A stretch of 64,000 bases of DNA from a virus. The notes beneath the pieces are model-generated. The model was not told where the DNA came from. It saw only the letters and a list, made by a program, of their open reading frames with translations, and ran no database searches. The DNA lies in IMG/VR virus record IMGVR_UViG_3300044612_001159, positions 32,001 to 96,000 of that record; one strand, 5' to 3'. Of this stretch, positions 18,096 to 27,710 are shown one piece after another. Within the stretch, counting starts at the first letter, position 1. Every line of letters starts with the position of its first letter. The position numbers were made by a program, and so were the translations under genes.

Positions 18096-18779
18096 ATGGA
18101 AAAAATATATCTAGATGAAGATAAACAGGTTTGGGTCATTGAAGACTTTTTAACAAAAGAAGAACTAGAATGGTTCAAAACACAAACAGACGATGAACTT
18201 GGCTGGTATCCAACAATGAGGTCGCCTTATAAAAATATACTAAATAAATTTTTAAATGTTGTTCCTAAATATGATGAAAACGGAAATATAGAATTTCCAA
18301 ATGAAGCATCTGAGGTTATAGACCTTCCAGTATTTACAAGACCAAATGGCGTATGGCAAAGACTTGAGTCTGTTCTTCCTCCATCATACCGCAGACATGC
18401 CACACTTCAAAGTTTTAAATATATGACAGATGATCAAATAAAAGAAAATTTAAATATGGATATAATAAATTCATATAACATAGATGATAAAAATATAGAC
18501 TTTGCTATGTATTGGCATGAAGATCCAGGCCATGAGCAAAATATTGTATGCTCCTTTAGTTTGTATCTTAATGATGATTACGAGGGCGGAGAATTAGAGT
18601 TTGCTGAAGTTCCGATTAAGTTAAAGCCAAAGGCTGGAACGCTTGCCGTAATTCCTGGAGGACATAAATATAGGCACAGAGTTAATAAAGTGTTAGGCCC
18701 AAATTCAAGACATACTCTTTACGGAAACTCTTATATAGACCCCTCAATAGTTGTTGCAAGCACAAAGGATGACTGTTAA
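18096..18779 (+). CDS. 2OG-Fe(II) oxygenase (WYxTMRSPY subfamily)
   Basis: HED, YLNDDYEGGELEF, HRV; ends STKDDC. Confidence 0.85.
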   Translation: MEKIYLDEDKQVWVIEDFLTKEELEWFKTQTDDELGWYPTMRSPYKNILNKFLNVVPKYDENGNIEFPNEASEVIDLPVFTRPNGVWQRLESVLPPSYRRHATLQSFKYMTDDQIKENLNMDIINSYNIDDKNIDFAMYWHEDPGHEQNIVCSFSLYLNDDYEGGELEFAEVPIKLKPKAGTLAVIPGGHKYRHRVNKVLGPNSRHTLYGNSYIDPSIVVASTKDDC

Positions 18780-18782
18780 ATT

Positions 18783-19490
18783 ATGGAAAAAGTATATTTA
18801 GATGAAGGCCTATGGTATATAGAAAACTTTTTAAAAGAAAATGAATTGTTTTTGTTAAAAAAATATTGTGATGATCCAAACCATTGGTACACGACTATGC
18901 GTTCTCCATATAAGAACATATTAAACAAATGGCCTATGAGTGAACCTAGATATGATGAAGATGGCACACTTGCAATTCCAAACCAAGATGATCCAGTTAT
19001 AGAAGAAGTTTTTAATATTTTTAGCGGCCCAGAAGGGATATTTGAAAGACTGAGATCTGTGCTTCCAGAAGGATACGCACCAAACAGCGGGATTCAAACA
19101 TTCAAATATTGTACAGACGAAGAAATAAAAAGAGATAGAGACGAAAGTATGTCTCTTGGCAATGCAGAAATGTTTGCAGTTAGATCTAATCCCGATAGCG
19201 CAGAAGATATTGACTATGCTATGGATTGGCACTGGGAAGATACAGGTGCTACTGGTAGTAGGATTGCATCACACTCAATATACTTGAATGATGACTTTGA
19301 AGGTGGCTACATAGAATTTAAAAAAGGCTATATAGTAAAGCCAAAGGCTGGCATGTTAATAAATATTCCGATTGGCAAAGAATTTACCCACAGAGTAACA
19401 AAAGTTCTTGGACCAAACTCAAGGCACACGCTATACGGTCAGTGCTGGTCTGATAATAATATAGTACTTAGTACAAAAGACGATTGCTAA
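18783..19490 (+). CDS. 2OG-Fe(II) oxygenase (WYxTMRSPY subfamily)
   Basis: HWE, YLNDDFEGG, HRV; ends STKDDC. Confidence 0.85.
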   Translation: MEKVYLDEGLWYIENFLKENELFLLKKYCDDPNHWYTTMRSPYKNILNKWPMSEPRYDEDGTLAIPNQDDPVIEEVFNIFSGPEGIFERLRSVLPEGYAPNSGIQTFKYCTDEEIKRDRDESMSLGNAEMFAVRSNPDSAEDIDYAMDWHWEDTGATGSRIASHSIYLNDDFEGGYIEFKKGYIVKPKAGMLINIPIGKEFTHRVTKVLGPNSRHTLYGQCWSDNNIVLSTKDDC

Positions 19491-19531
19491 AAGGGTGCTA
19501 TAATAATCTCATAACCTATAGGAGGTAATCG

Positions 19532-20335
19532 ATGAAATCTATATATGATATCGAATTGGAGTCTGCTGAAGGAGAATCACACTTCTTGCAGCAATTTAAA
19601 GGCAAAGCAGTATTGCTTATCAACACAACAGTTGGTTGTGGAAACGCTGGTCAAATGGAGTCTATTCAGTGGATTCAAGAAGATCTTGCTGGAGATGACT
19701 TTACTGTTGTTGCAATTCCAACAAATGACTTCTGTGGTCCTAGCATTACAAAAGGAAAGTGGTCAAAAGGTATCACTTGTGGTTTAGACTCAAAGAATTA
19801 CGGAATAGATGTGTATGGTGTTACATTCCCATTCTCAGAAATGATTACATCTAATCCCGCAGATATTCCACTAGAAGCCCCTTGGCTTGGTAAAGGTCCA
19901 GGACTTAACGGAAATGGTCAACCATTTGGAGAAAGACATGAACTTTATCTAGAAGTTTCAAGACAAATTTTGGAAATAATGAATAAGAAAAAAGAACTTG
20001 GTATAGTTGAAAAAACAGATTATGAGTCAAGATATTTAAACGAACATAATGGCGGATTCATGATGAATGCTAACTTTGAAAAATATCTAATTGATAAAGA
20101 TGGATATGTGGTTAAGCATTATCCTGCTACAACATTGAACTGGGATGTTGAGCGCACACTCAAAGAAGATCTAATAGCAAAAGGACAAGATCCAAAAATG
20201 GGTCCAGATAGATCTGAATACATTTTCAATGAGGAAAATGCTGTTATCCGTGACCATATCGAAAGATTGATGGCTGGAGAAAAATCAATCATTAATCCAG
20301 CATATGTCGATGCAGACGAACTAGTTGCTGTTTAA
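19532..20335 (+). CDS. glutathione peroxidase-like protein, extended
   Basis: N...GCG, P.NDF, NFEKYLIDKDG. Confidence 0.8.
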   Translation: MKSIYDIELESAEGESHFLQQFKGKAVLLINTTVGCGNAGQMESIQWIQEDLAGDDFTVVAIPTNDFCGPSITKGKWSKGITCGLDSKNYGIDVYGVTFPFSEMITSNPADIPLEAPWLGKGPGLNGNGQPFGERHELYLEVSRQILEIMNKKKELGIVEKTDYESRYLNEHNGGFMMNANFEKYLIDKDGYVVKHYPATTLNWDVERTLKEDLIAKGQDPKMGPDRSEYIFNEENAVIRDHIERLMAGEKSIINPAYVDADELVAV

Positions 20336-20358
20336 TAAATTAGTTATTAATAAAAACT

Positions 20359-20401
20359 ATTCTCTCCTATGATATACTTAGTATAGAACATAGGAGAGAA
20401 T
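20359..20401 (+). promoter_or_regulatory. 13-bp inverted repeat enclosing the -10 box and sequestering the RBS
   Basis: ATTCTCTCCTATG/CATAGGAGAGAAT. Confidence 0.6.
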
Positions 20402-20405
20402 TTTT

Positions 20406-20840
20406 ATGAACATATATGATTTATCATTTATAGACAACAATAAAAATGTTGTAGAATTAAAAAACTTTAAGGATAAAAATATTCTTATTGTAAACACAGC
20501 AAGCAAATGTGGATACACCTCACAATATGCAGACTTGCAAAAGGCACAAAGTGATTCGCTAGTCGTTATTGGATTTCCTTGTAATCAGTTTGGCAACCAA
20601 GAGCCAGACTCCAATGAAGTTATTAAACAATTTTGTACAACTAACTTCGGAGTAACATTTCCCATCTCTGAAAAAATAGAAGTAAATGGTCCAAATGCAC
20701 ACCCAATATATAAATACTGTAAAGATCAGGCTACTGAAGGTAGGGACATTGGCTGGAATTTTGAAAAATTTTTAGTGTCTACTGATGGGTCTATTAGACA
20801 TTATCCTAGTTCATATAAAGTATCCGATATTGCAGTATAG
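20406..20840 (+). CDS. glutathione peroxidase (Cys-type, BtuE-like)
   Basis: NTASKCGYTSQY, GFPCNQFGNQEP, WNFEKFLV. Confidence 0.92.
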   Translation: MNIYDLSFIDNNKNVVELKNFKDKNILIVNTASKCGYTSQYADLQKAQSDSLVVIGFPCNQFGNQEPDSNEVIKQFCTTNFGVTFPISEKIEVNGPNAHPIYKYCKDQATEGRDIGWNFEKFLVSTDGSIRHYPSSYKVSDIAV

Positions 20841-20866
20841 CCCCTATAATGCTATAATAGTAGTAA

Positions 20867-20927
20867 GGGTGTAGTTAGCCTATATTTGTCGGGAAACACT
20901 TATAGCCTATGTTGCAACACTACACCC
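20867..20927 (+). ncRNA. structured 5' leader of ahpC
   Basis: 9-bp outer stem, inner stem with a C-C mismatch; starts ~8 nt after TATAAT. Confidence 0.45.
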
Positions 20928-20962
20928 CCTATTTTTGATCAAACATAAAAGAAAGAGATATA

Positions 20963-21535
20963 ATGAAAACAATTGGATATAAATTAAATCCGTTTCGCAT
21001 TGTTGGTGTAAAGCCAGGAAGACTAGATGGTGCTGATGATGTTTTTGAAACATTAAACGAGAAATGGTTTCCAGGAAAATGGAAAGTTCTTGTGTATTAC
21101 CCTAAAGATTTTACCTTTGTGTGTCCCACAGAAATTGTTGCTTATGACAAACTTGTAAATGATTTTAATGATCGTGATGCAGTATTACTGACAGGATCAA
21201 CAGATAATGAATTCTGTAAGGTTGCGTGGCGCAATGCCCATGAAGATCTGAAGAAAACCAACTCGTGGTCTTTTGCTGACCAGGTTCGCAATTGGCAATA
21301 TAATGGAGATGATGAAGGGTACACTGGTTTAGCAGAACAACTTGGAGTTCTCAATGAAGACGGAGTTGCCCTTCGTGCAACCTTTATTATTGATCCAGAC
21401 AATATTATTCAGCATGTTACAGTCAACAATCTAAATGTTGGTCGTAGTCCTGAAGAAACATTGCGTATTCTTGATGCTCTTCAAACAGGAGAACTCTGTG
21501 CTTGCAATAGAAGTCTCGGTGGAGAAACCTTGTGA
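20963..21535 (+). CDS. ahpC: peroxiredoxin AhpC
   Basis: YPKDFTFVCPTE, GR...E.LR..DALQ..ELCAC. Confidence 0.95.
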   Translation: MKTIGYKLNPFRIVGVKPGRLDGADDVFETLNEKWFPGKWKVLVYYPKDFTFVCPTEIVAYDKLVNDFNDRDAVLLTGSTDNEFCKVAWRNAHEDLKKTNSWSFADQVRNWQYNGDDEGYTGLAEQLGVLNEDGVALRATFIIDPDNIIQHVTVNNLNVGRSPEETLRILDALQTGELCACNRSLGGETL

Positions 21536-22044
21536 GTTGGGTAGACGAAGTAAAGGAAATTGTTCCTGAGTATGCTAAAGATATTAAATTAAATCTTGAT
21601 GCTGTAATCAACAGAAGTGCTTTTGATTACGATTATTCTTCATCTCTCGCACTTGCAGCAGCCCTTGCAACAGGTAATCAGGACATTGTCGCTATGGTTT
21701 CTGCTGGTGTTACAGATGAGGTAGAAAAAAATGCAGCCTTTACTGCAGCAGCATTGATGGCACAGAATAATGTTTGGTATCCATATACAGAGATGGCAGA
21801 TGATCCTAATTTAACTGGATTGCCTGCACAACTTAGAATGAATGCCATAGCGTCTCACGGTGGTACAACAAAAGATAAGTTTGAAGCATATGCATTAATA
21901 GCATCAATTATTGGTAAGTGTCATTTTTGTGTTAAGGCTCACTACGAGACCTTAAAGAAAGAAGGATACACAACTGAACAACTTCGTGATATTGGGAGAA
22001 TTGCTGCAACGATTAATGCTATTGCTAAAGTCGTAGTAGCGTAA
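21532..22044 (+). CDS. ahpD: alkyl hydroperoxide reductase AhpD
   Basis: PEYAKDIKLNL, M.QNNVWY, CHFCVKAH. Confidence 0.92.
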   Translation: MSWVDEVKEIVPEYAKDIKLNLDAVINRSAFDYDYSSSLALAAALATGNQDIVAMVSAGVTDEVEKNAAFTAAALMAQNNVWYPYTEMADDPNLTGLPAQLRMNAIASHGGTTKDKFEAYALIASIIGKCHFCVKAHYETLKKEGYTTEQLRDIGRIAATINAIAKVVVA

Positions 22045-22050
22045 TGGATT

Positions 22051-22122
22051 GCCTCCTTAACTCAGGGGTAGAGTACCCGCCTTGTAAGCGGGTTGTCGTA
22101 GGTTCAAATCCTACAGGAGGCT
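22051..22122 (+). tRNA. tRNA-Thr(TGT)
   Basis: CCCGC-CTTGTAA-GCGGG arm. Confidence 0.9.
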
Positions 22123-22269
22123 CAAATGAATTTAGAAAATGAAATAAAAGACATATTATTTGAAATTGGCAAGGAAATAAAAGTTCACAAACTAATAGAT
22201 GGTAATCTTATTATTGAAATAGATTATGATAAATACACAATTCAAATTATGGAACTAATAAAAGATTAT

Positions 22270-22521
22270 TTAACCAAACATTGATTTTAATTTAAATTCA
22301 GATACAACACCAGAAACACGATCATAGATTTTGCCGTCAATTTTTGATATTAAAGTTGGAACTGACTGGACATTATATTGCTCGGCCTTATAAAATTCTG
22401 TATCAACATCAACCTTATCGTAATGAATATCTGTATTATTTTTTAAAAACTCATCTATAACTGGTGCCATTCTTTTGCATGGATTACACCATTCTGCTGT
22501 AAAATGTATTAGTTCTTTCAT
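22270..22521 (-). CDS. trxA: thioredoxin
   Basis: FTAEWCNPCK, VQSVPT. Confidence 0.9.
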   Translation of the reverse strand: MKELIHFTAEWCNPCKRMAPVIDEFLKNNTDIHYDKVDVDTEFYKAEQYNVQSVPTLISKIDGKIYDRVSGVVSEFKLKSMFG

Positions 22522-22660
22522 TACTTATCTTTCTTGTTATACTCGCCGTACTTACCAAGAACTGCTTTAACTGTCCCGTCTTTTCTCAAACGCACTATCA
22601 TGCCATCTTTAATCTGTATTGGATTAAAGGGGTGCTTTGTTTTATATTTACCAGATGACA

Positions 22661-23323
22661 TTATTTTCTCTTTCTATCAAAAGCAGATCCTTCCCAAATT
22701 GTTTTCTCAACTGGAATACAATTAGGAACCATTTTGCCATTTTGTTCTTTCATACCACGCTGAACATATCCATCCCAACATGGTGCTTGTTTGTTTACAC
22801 TAGCACAGCAATCTGATTTCATTTCTCCAGATTGACATTGAGGACATTGCTCACATGTTACATTTAATTCTTTACACATTGGACATCCACATCCTTCATA
22901 TGCTTTGTCCATTCCCACATTTGACTCTAATGAAGGCATAGCCATTACTTCTGATGCTTTTGCTCCAACAAAATATTCAGTCTCTTCAAGACCGCCCTCT
23001 TCCATTTCAAATAATTGTATTAGTATGGCAGGATCTTCTGCACTTGCTTCTAGAGCATACTCTGATCCTGGGGTTCCAAGCATACCTTCTGTCATTACAT
23101 GAACAACACGACCAACATACATTTCTTCTTCATGTGGGGCCATTACCATGTCGCCCTCTTTGACCATAGCCTTGCCTATATTGCCCTCAGAACGGTTTAT
23201 AGCGTAGATCTGTGCTGCAGCCTCAGAACGAGTCTTATGGCACCCCATAACCTCTCCTGTGTCCTTTAAAGCAGGGTATCCAGAACAACCATTAGACCCC
23301 TTAGAACCTATACGATACGGCAT
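22661..23323 (-). CDS. hypothetical protein with Cys-rich segment
   Basis: GCH.T...A..Q..AI N-terminus; PCWDGY...GMK...VPNC C-terminus. Confidence 0.7.
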   Translation of the reverse strand: MPYRIGSKGSNGCSGYPALKDTGEVMGCHKTRSEAAAQIYAINRSEGNIGKAMVKEGDMVMAPHEEEMYVGRVVHVMTEGMLGTPGSEYALEASAEDPAILIQLFEMEEGGLEETEYFVGAKASEVMAMPSLESNVGMDKAYEGCGCPMCKELNVTCEQCPQCQSGEMKSDCCASVNKQAPCWDGYVQRGMKEQNGKMVPNCIPVEKTIWEGSAFDRKRK

Positions 23324-23346
23324 AAAACTATTATAGCATAGAGTAT

Positions 23347-23373
23347 GAGCAGTTTATACACATGCTCAGGTGT
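23347..23373 (-). ncRNA. pseudoknot motif copy 6
   Basis: ACAC CUGAGCAU GUGU AUAAAC UGCUC, downstream of hsp20. Confidence 0.75.
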
Positions 23374-23389
23374 TTGATAGTATTATTAC

Positions 23390-23809
23390 TTACTTGATTT
23401 TGATTGTTTTTGGTTTCTTTTCTTCGGGGATGTTTCTCTCCACAAAGACGCTAAGAATACCGTCTGCCATTTCAGCACGATCTACCTCCATATACTCTCC
23501 AAGAGCAAAGGTGCGTGTGAACTTTCTGGTTGCGATACCCTTATGCAGGACATTACTTGCGTCCTCTTCGGCTTTCTCACCCTTTACAATAAGACTTCCA
23601 TTATCCACAGAAACCTCTACCTCATCTTTGCTGAAGCCAGCAATAGCCAGAGATAGTTTGTAAGTATCTTCATCAATCTTCACCACATCATATGGTGGAT
23701 ACGATTGACGAGTTGCCTCACGATGGATATTATAGAAGCGGTCCAACTCTCTGTTGAAACCAATAAAAAATGGATCCTTAAAAAGATCCAATGACCATGA
23801 ACTTACCAT
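23390..23809 (-). CDS. hsp20: small heat shock protein Hsp20 (IbpA-like)
   Basis: YPPYD, LAIAGF, HKGIATRKF.R.F.L, DGIL. Confidence 0.93.
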   Translation of the reverse strand: MVSSWSLDLFKDPFFIGFNRELDRFYNIHREATRQSYPPYDVVKIDEDTYKLSLAIAGFSKDEVEVSVDNGSLIVKGEKAEEDASNVLHKGIATRKFTRTFALGEYMEVDRAEMADGILSVFVERNIPEEKKPKTIKIK

Positions 23810-23864
23810 TATTTCCTCCTTGTTAAGCGAGTTCAATTTGTACCCCCCTTTGGGCAGGCACAAC
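23810..23864 (-). promoter_or_regulatory. ROSE-like RNA thermometer in the hsp20 5'UTR
   Basis: CUCGCUU-AAC-AAGGAG: UCGCU with bulged G pairs with the SD; upstream hairpin. Confidence 0.6.
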
Positions 23865-23879
23865 TAAATTATAGCATAA

Positions 23880-23910
23880 TAAAACAGGGATGTCAAGTAC
23901 CCATCCCTGT
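23880..23910 (-). terminator. intrinsic terminator overlapping the hsp20 -35
   Basis: ACAGGGATG/CATCCCTGT plus T-run. Confidence 0.6.
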
Positions 23911-23927
23911 CCTATAAACAAATACTA

Positions 23928-24227
23928 TTAAAGCATTTGCTGTGGCTTTCCGCCACCGCCAGACTTCTTCTTTGCTGGAGCCTTCTTTGCAGGCTTCTTT
24001 ACAACCTTTGCAGACTTAACTGCAGCGTCTACATCTTCTACAGATGGTAGGCGACCAAACGCTGTGTCGTTTGGATTTGCTGCTCTCAATACTACTGGCA
24101 CAATTGCACCAAGCAATGAGTATGCTAGTGTCTGTGGATCAGTTACTCCAGAAGCATACATTGCTGTTGCTGCTCCAAGAACTGATCGACCATAAGACGC
24201 TAGTGCTGCCTTAATTTGTTCATTCAT
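23928..24227 (-). CDS. membrane protein, holin-like
   Basis: 2 hydrophobic segments, NP.D.AFG, Lys-rich tail. Confidence 0.55.
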   Translation of the reverse strand: MNEQIKAALASYGRSVLGAATAMYASGVTDPQTLAYSLLGAIVPVVLRAANPNDTAFGRLPSVEDVDAAVKSAKVVKKPAKKAPAKKKSGGGGKPQQML

Positions 24228-24237
24228 TTTTTTCCTC

Positions 24238-24423
24238 CTAGGATATGAACTTCGATATGGCTACCCAAACTGGTTGAGCAAGCCATAATCCAATTATACC
24301 AGCAACGCCAGCGAATACTGGAGGGGCTGGAATTGGAATCTTAACTGGGGATATTGCGCTTATTGATAGGATTATTAAGCCTAAAGTAAGGCCTACTGAT
24401 AGTGATAACAAGATTTCTTTCAT
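24238..24423 (-). CDS. XapX/DUF1427-like membrane protein
   Basis: PIPAPPVFAGVAGIIG. Confidence 0.7.
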   Translation of the reverse strand: MKEILLSLSVGLTLGLIILSISAISPVKIPIPAPPVFAGVAGIIGLWLAQPVWVAISKFIS

Positions 24424-24581
24424 TTATTCCCTCACATTTTGTAGTTGTGTATAATGGTTTAAACAAACATCTAGCACCCTTGTTTCTGTGCCAAACAGTT
24501 TTTCTCCGTCTTCTTTACAATTAAGAACATTACAGTGTCCAACTGGATCCAAAAATATTTGATCATAGGTTTTAAATTCTA

Positions 24582-25457
24582 TCATTTTTGTGACTCGACA
24601 TACTGATTAATAAAAGATATAATAATTTCTGATTCAGATCTTGGAACAGCATTAATTAAAAGATGATGTATATTGTCTTCTTCAAGAGTCTGGACAAATT
24701 CATGAAAACTATCATATGTGAAATATTCCACATCGCTTACTACCGCTGGTATCTCTCCCTTTTTCCAGACTGGCCTCATTGCATGTTTTGCCAGTGGCTC
24801 TAACTCTTCTTTTGTTTTTCTAATAATTGGTGTCATTGCCAGCATAACTTCTGTATTTTTAATATCAAGATTAATCATCATTGATGGATCTTTTAAAACA
24901 TCTGACCAAAATCCACGTTTATAAATATGGTAAGGCAAAATTATTTTATTTTTGTATTTTTTAACAGTATCAAAAACATAACTGTTTGTAGTTGATATAT
25001 AAACATCTAAAGTGTTCTCTAATTGCTTTCCTTCTGCAGTTTGAGTAGCCATTATGCCATTATTTATTTCATCAAGTTTTTTAATAAATTCAATTGTGTA
25101 TTTTGATCTTTCTAAAGATTCTGATAAATCATTTACCTCCCCCAAAATACCACCAATATTTTTTTCATGATCTTTGATATATCCAGGAACAACATTTATT
25201 TGAAGCCTATTTGGAGCAATCTCATTTATTGATTGAGTTATTGTATATAGATATTGTGGAGATATCGTGTATGGCCTAATTGCAACAAGATATTTAATCT
25301 TACCGTCTGTTTTGATTTCTCTTGCAACTCTTGTAAACATGTCTCCTTCTGTAGGATCATATGTATACATTACCCCAGAAAAATTATTTTTTTCAAGAAT
25401 AGGTGCTGTCTCCATGCTGTTTTCATGAAACACACCGCCAAAATAATAAAAATTCAT
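24582..25457 (-). CDS. luciferase-like (LLM/SsuD-like) monooxygenase
   Basis: KYLVAIRP..ISP, RLQINVVPG. Confidence 0.65.
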   Translation of the reverse strand: MNFYYFGGVFHENSMETAPILEKNNFSGVMYTYDPTEGDMFTRVAREIKTDGKIKYLVAIRPYTISPQYLYTITQSINEIAPNRLQINVVPGYIKDHEKNIGGILGEVNDLSESLERSKYTIEFIKKLDEINNGIMATQTAEGKQLENTLDVYISTTNSYVFDTVKKYKNKIILPYHIYKRGFWSDVLKDPSMMINLDIKNTEVMLAMTPIIRKTKEELEPLAKHAMRPVWKKGEIPAVVSDVEYFTYDSFHEFVQTLEEDNIHHLLINAVPRSESEIIISFINQYVESQK

Positions 25458-25867
25458 TATAACATTTTACCATAATCTTCGGGAAGTAATTTTTTTAATT
25501 GTTTAAATTCTGAAGATATTTTCTTCAGAGCAAAATCATGGGGAGAAACCATCCCCTCAATAGCAGCCCCATACTTGTCATAATAGTCAATCTGTGGCTC
25601 AATCTCATCGATAAACTTTTGTAGTCCAGCCTGAACAGACTCTATATACTCATATGCTAAATCACGAGAATCTGAAACAAATTTTAAAAAATCTTCATTT
25701 GCTTTTTCTTTATCTGTTTTGTTTTCTTTGTGCTGAATTTCTTGCTCTAACAAAGTCTTTAAAGTATTTGCAAGAATAGAAATGTTAATTCTTTTTTGCA
25801 CAATATATAAATAAATAAATAATAATGAAGTGATAGACAAAGCAACTATAGCAAACATTTCTATCAT
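25457..25867 (-). CDS. hypothetical protein with N-terminal TM
   Basis: ORF track. Confidence 0.7.
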   Translation of the reverse strand: MIEMFAIVALSITSLLFIYLYIVQKRINISILANTLKTLLEQEIQHKENKTDKEKANEDFLKFVSDSRDLAYEYIESVQAGLQKFIDEIEPQIDYYDKYGAAIEGMVSPHDFALKKISSEFKQLKKLLPEDYGKML

Positions 25868-26145
25868 AATTCTTTTCCTCCCTCTCTAACTAACTGAACA
25901 ATTGCCCCATTCTGCTCAAGAGCCTTCTTTGTTTTAATCATATAGTTTGCAGCACGAATCTTGTCATCATGACTTAAAAGCATAAAAGATTTTTCAGACG
26001 CACGAACAGTTAAAAATCCTTCTTGATGCTCAACTATCTGTAATGAAAAACCTTTAGGCGCTAAATGATCTAGTGACCTAAACGCCCTTCTCATTGCATC
26101 TGTATATACTAGTCCATTGTTAGAGACTGCCATGTTACACCCCAA
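25864..26145 (-). CDS. hypothetical protein (start uncertain)
   Basis: ORF track. Confidence 0.6.
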   Translation of the reverse strand: MGCNMAVSNNGLVYTDAMRRAFRSLDHLAPKGFSLQIVEHQEGFLTVRASEKSFMLLSHDDKIRAANYMIKTKKALEQNGAIVQLVREGGKEL

Positions 26146-26390
26146 TCAGCCTTTGTTTTATGATTAGAGAACTCTTTTGATATTTCGCCGTTTTCTAAGT
26201 ATACCCCGCCCCAAACTCCCCACTCTTTGCCAGAAATGCCCACAGAAAAACACTCTTTTCTTACTGGACATTCAGAACATAACAGGTCTACAGCAGGCCT
26301 TAACAACTCATCTTCTTCGTATTTATCAAAAAAAACATTAGTATCATAATCTAGGCATGCAGCATTATCTTTCCATTCATACCTATTCAT
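26109..26390 (-). CDS. whiB: WhiB family Fe-S transcription factor
   Basis: W...AAC...C..CPV...C...GVWGG. Confidence 0.92.
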   Translation of the reverse strand: MNRYEWKDNAACLDYDTNVFFDKYEEDELLRPAVDLLCSECPVRKECFSVGISGKEWGVWGGVYLENGEISKEFSNHKTKADWGVTWQSLTMD

Positions 26391-26392
26391 AG

Positions 26393-26605
26393 TTATGCTA
26401 CATACTTGTCAGGTATTTCCCATCCGTTTCTAGAGACGACAAAAATCTTTTTTAGGTACCAAGCACCGTTTTTAAGTGCTCCGTACTTTGATGTCATTGC
26501 CTTATCTGACCTTGACATTTCAACAACATTCCAACCGTCCCAAGACAAGTTTTTGTTCTTGGAAACAATTGTCTCCATTTGTTCAAGAGAATCTATTGTT
26601 TTCAT
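26393..26605 (-). CDS. hypothetical protein
   Basis: ORF track. Confidence 0.7.
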   Translation of the reverse strand: MKTIDSLEQMETIVSKNKNLSWDGWNVVEMSRSDKAMTSKYGALKNGAWYLKKIFVVSRNGWEIPDKYVA

Positions 26606-26615
26606 TTTATACTCC

Positions 26616-26969
26616 TTAAAAGTTGTATACGTTTGTATTAATATTTTTTGACTTTGACAAACTAACTAGATTCGACACTCTTTCTTTTGGATTTGCAACA
26701 AAAGCAAAGTGATCAAAACTATCAATATTTTCTTCAAGCCATTGAGGAGTAACCCTAAATAGTTTGATAGACTTTCCTCTAGACTTCATACCTCTTTCAG
26801 AAAGATTTACAAACTCCATCGCCATATCATTAACATTTCCTGGACCAACAGAGTACAAGTAAAACTCTTTTTCATTATCTTTTAATTCAGACAAAGCAAC
26901 AGCCATTGCTCTAAGGAAAATATTATAGTTGTTGAAATTAGGCGTTCCCTGAACCCCTACTATCATCAC
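26616..26969 (-). CDS. SLOG/DUF2493-like protein
   Basis: IVGVQG..NFNNY N-terminus. Confidence 0.45.
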   Translation of the reverse strand: MMIVGVQGTPNFNNYNIFLRAMAVALSELKDNEKEFYLYSVGPGNVNDMAMEFVNLSERGMKSRGKSIKLFRVTPQWLEENIDSFDHFAFVANPKERVSNLVSLSKSKNINTNVYNF

Positions 26970-27354
26970 TTGTCCCTTCTGTTAGTTTGTCTACTATGAA
27001 CAACATCTTATCTAATTGTACCTTATCCATGTTGGTTGTGTCAACTTTTTCTGCAGAATCTTTGTCAATTTTTTCATTTACTAAAGGGGCTTTATAAAAT
27101 GTATTATTTTTAATCCAATACGCTACATCATCTACAACTATTACCTTGGTTGTAGATTCATCTTGATGCTTACTAGACTGGGTTTTTGGCTTAAGCCTTC
27201 TCTTATGCTTTTTAGACCCTGAATATCTGTGATGAAGTCTAGCCTGACTTACAATCTGCACACTTTTTTTATGCCTACGAGCCTTGAATAGATAAAAGAA
27301 AATAGAGAGCAGCATTACTGCCGTCAAAAGGATTGCTCCAAAAATATCGTTCAC
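26938..27354 (-). CDS. hypothetical protein with N-terminal TM
   Basis: ORF track. Confidence 0.7.
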   Translation of the reverse strand: MNDIFGAILLTAVMLLSIFFYLFKARRHKKSVQIVSQARLHHRYSGSKKHKRRLKPKTQSSKHQDESTTKVIVVDDVAYWIKNNTFYKAPLVNEKIDKDSAEKVDTTNMDKVQLDKMLFIVDKLTEGTSDDSRGSGNA

Positions 27355-27377
27355 TGATGCCCCCTAAACTTATTTTA

Positions 27378-27710
27378 TCACTTTTTGTTAAAAAGAAGTT
27401 TGATCAACTGTTTTAGGGCTGACCTTTCATTTGCATCCAATTTTTTTACCTGCTCTGGATCAAGAGATTTTTTATTAAGACTAACAATGGGGTTGGCATC
27501 TGTCACATCCATATCAATAAAACCTTTTTCCCACAACCTCATTGACATTTCTGAAAAATATTTTCCCAATGCTACATCAAGTTTTGGATCTATGTCTTTC
27601 AACATTTCTGTTTTAACATACATGTTTTCCCCTGTTTCTGGATCCTTGCCAGCAAACCTTAGACCACCAGTTAAAACTAACTTATTGAATATTTCATTCG
27701 ATTCGTTCAT
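27378..27710 (-). CDS. hypothetical protein
   Basis: ORF track. Confidence 0.7.
   Translation of the reverse strand: MNESNEIFNKLVLTGGLRFAGKDPETGENMYVKTEMLKDIDPKLDVALGKYFSEMSMRLWEKGFIDMDVTDANPIVSLNKKSLDPEQVKKLDANERSALKQLIKLLFNKK

Noticed and set aside
19532-20840. Selenocysteine GPx or stop-codon recoding
   Set aside because: The active-site codons are TGT (Cys). Genes are intact under code 11 and no suppressor tRNA was seen.
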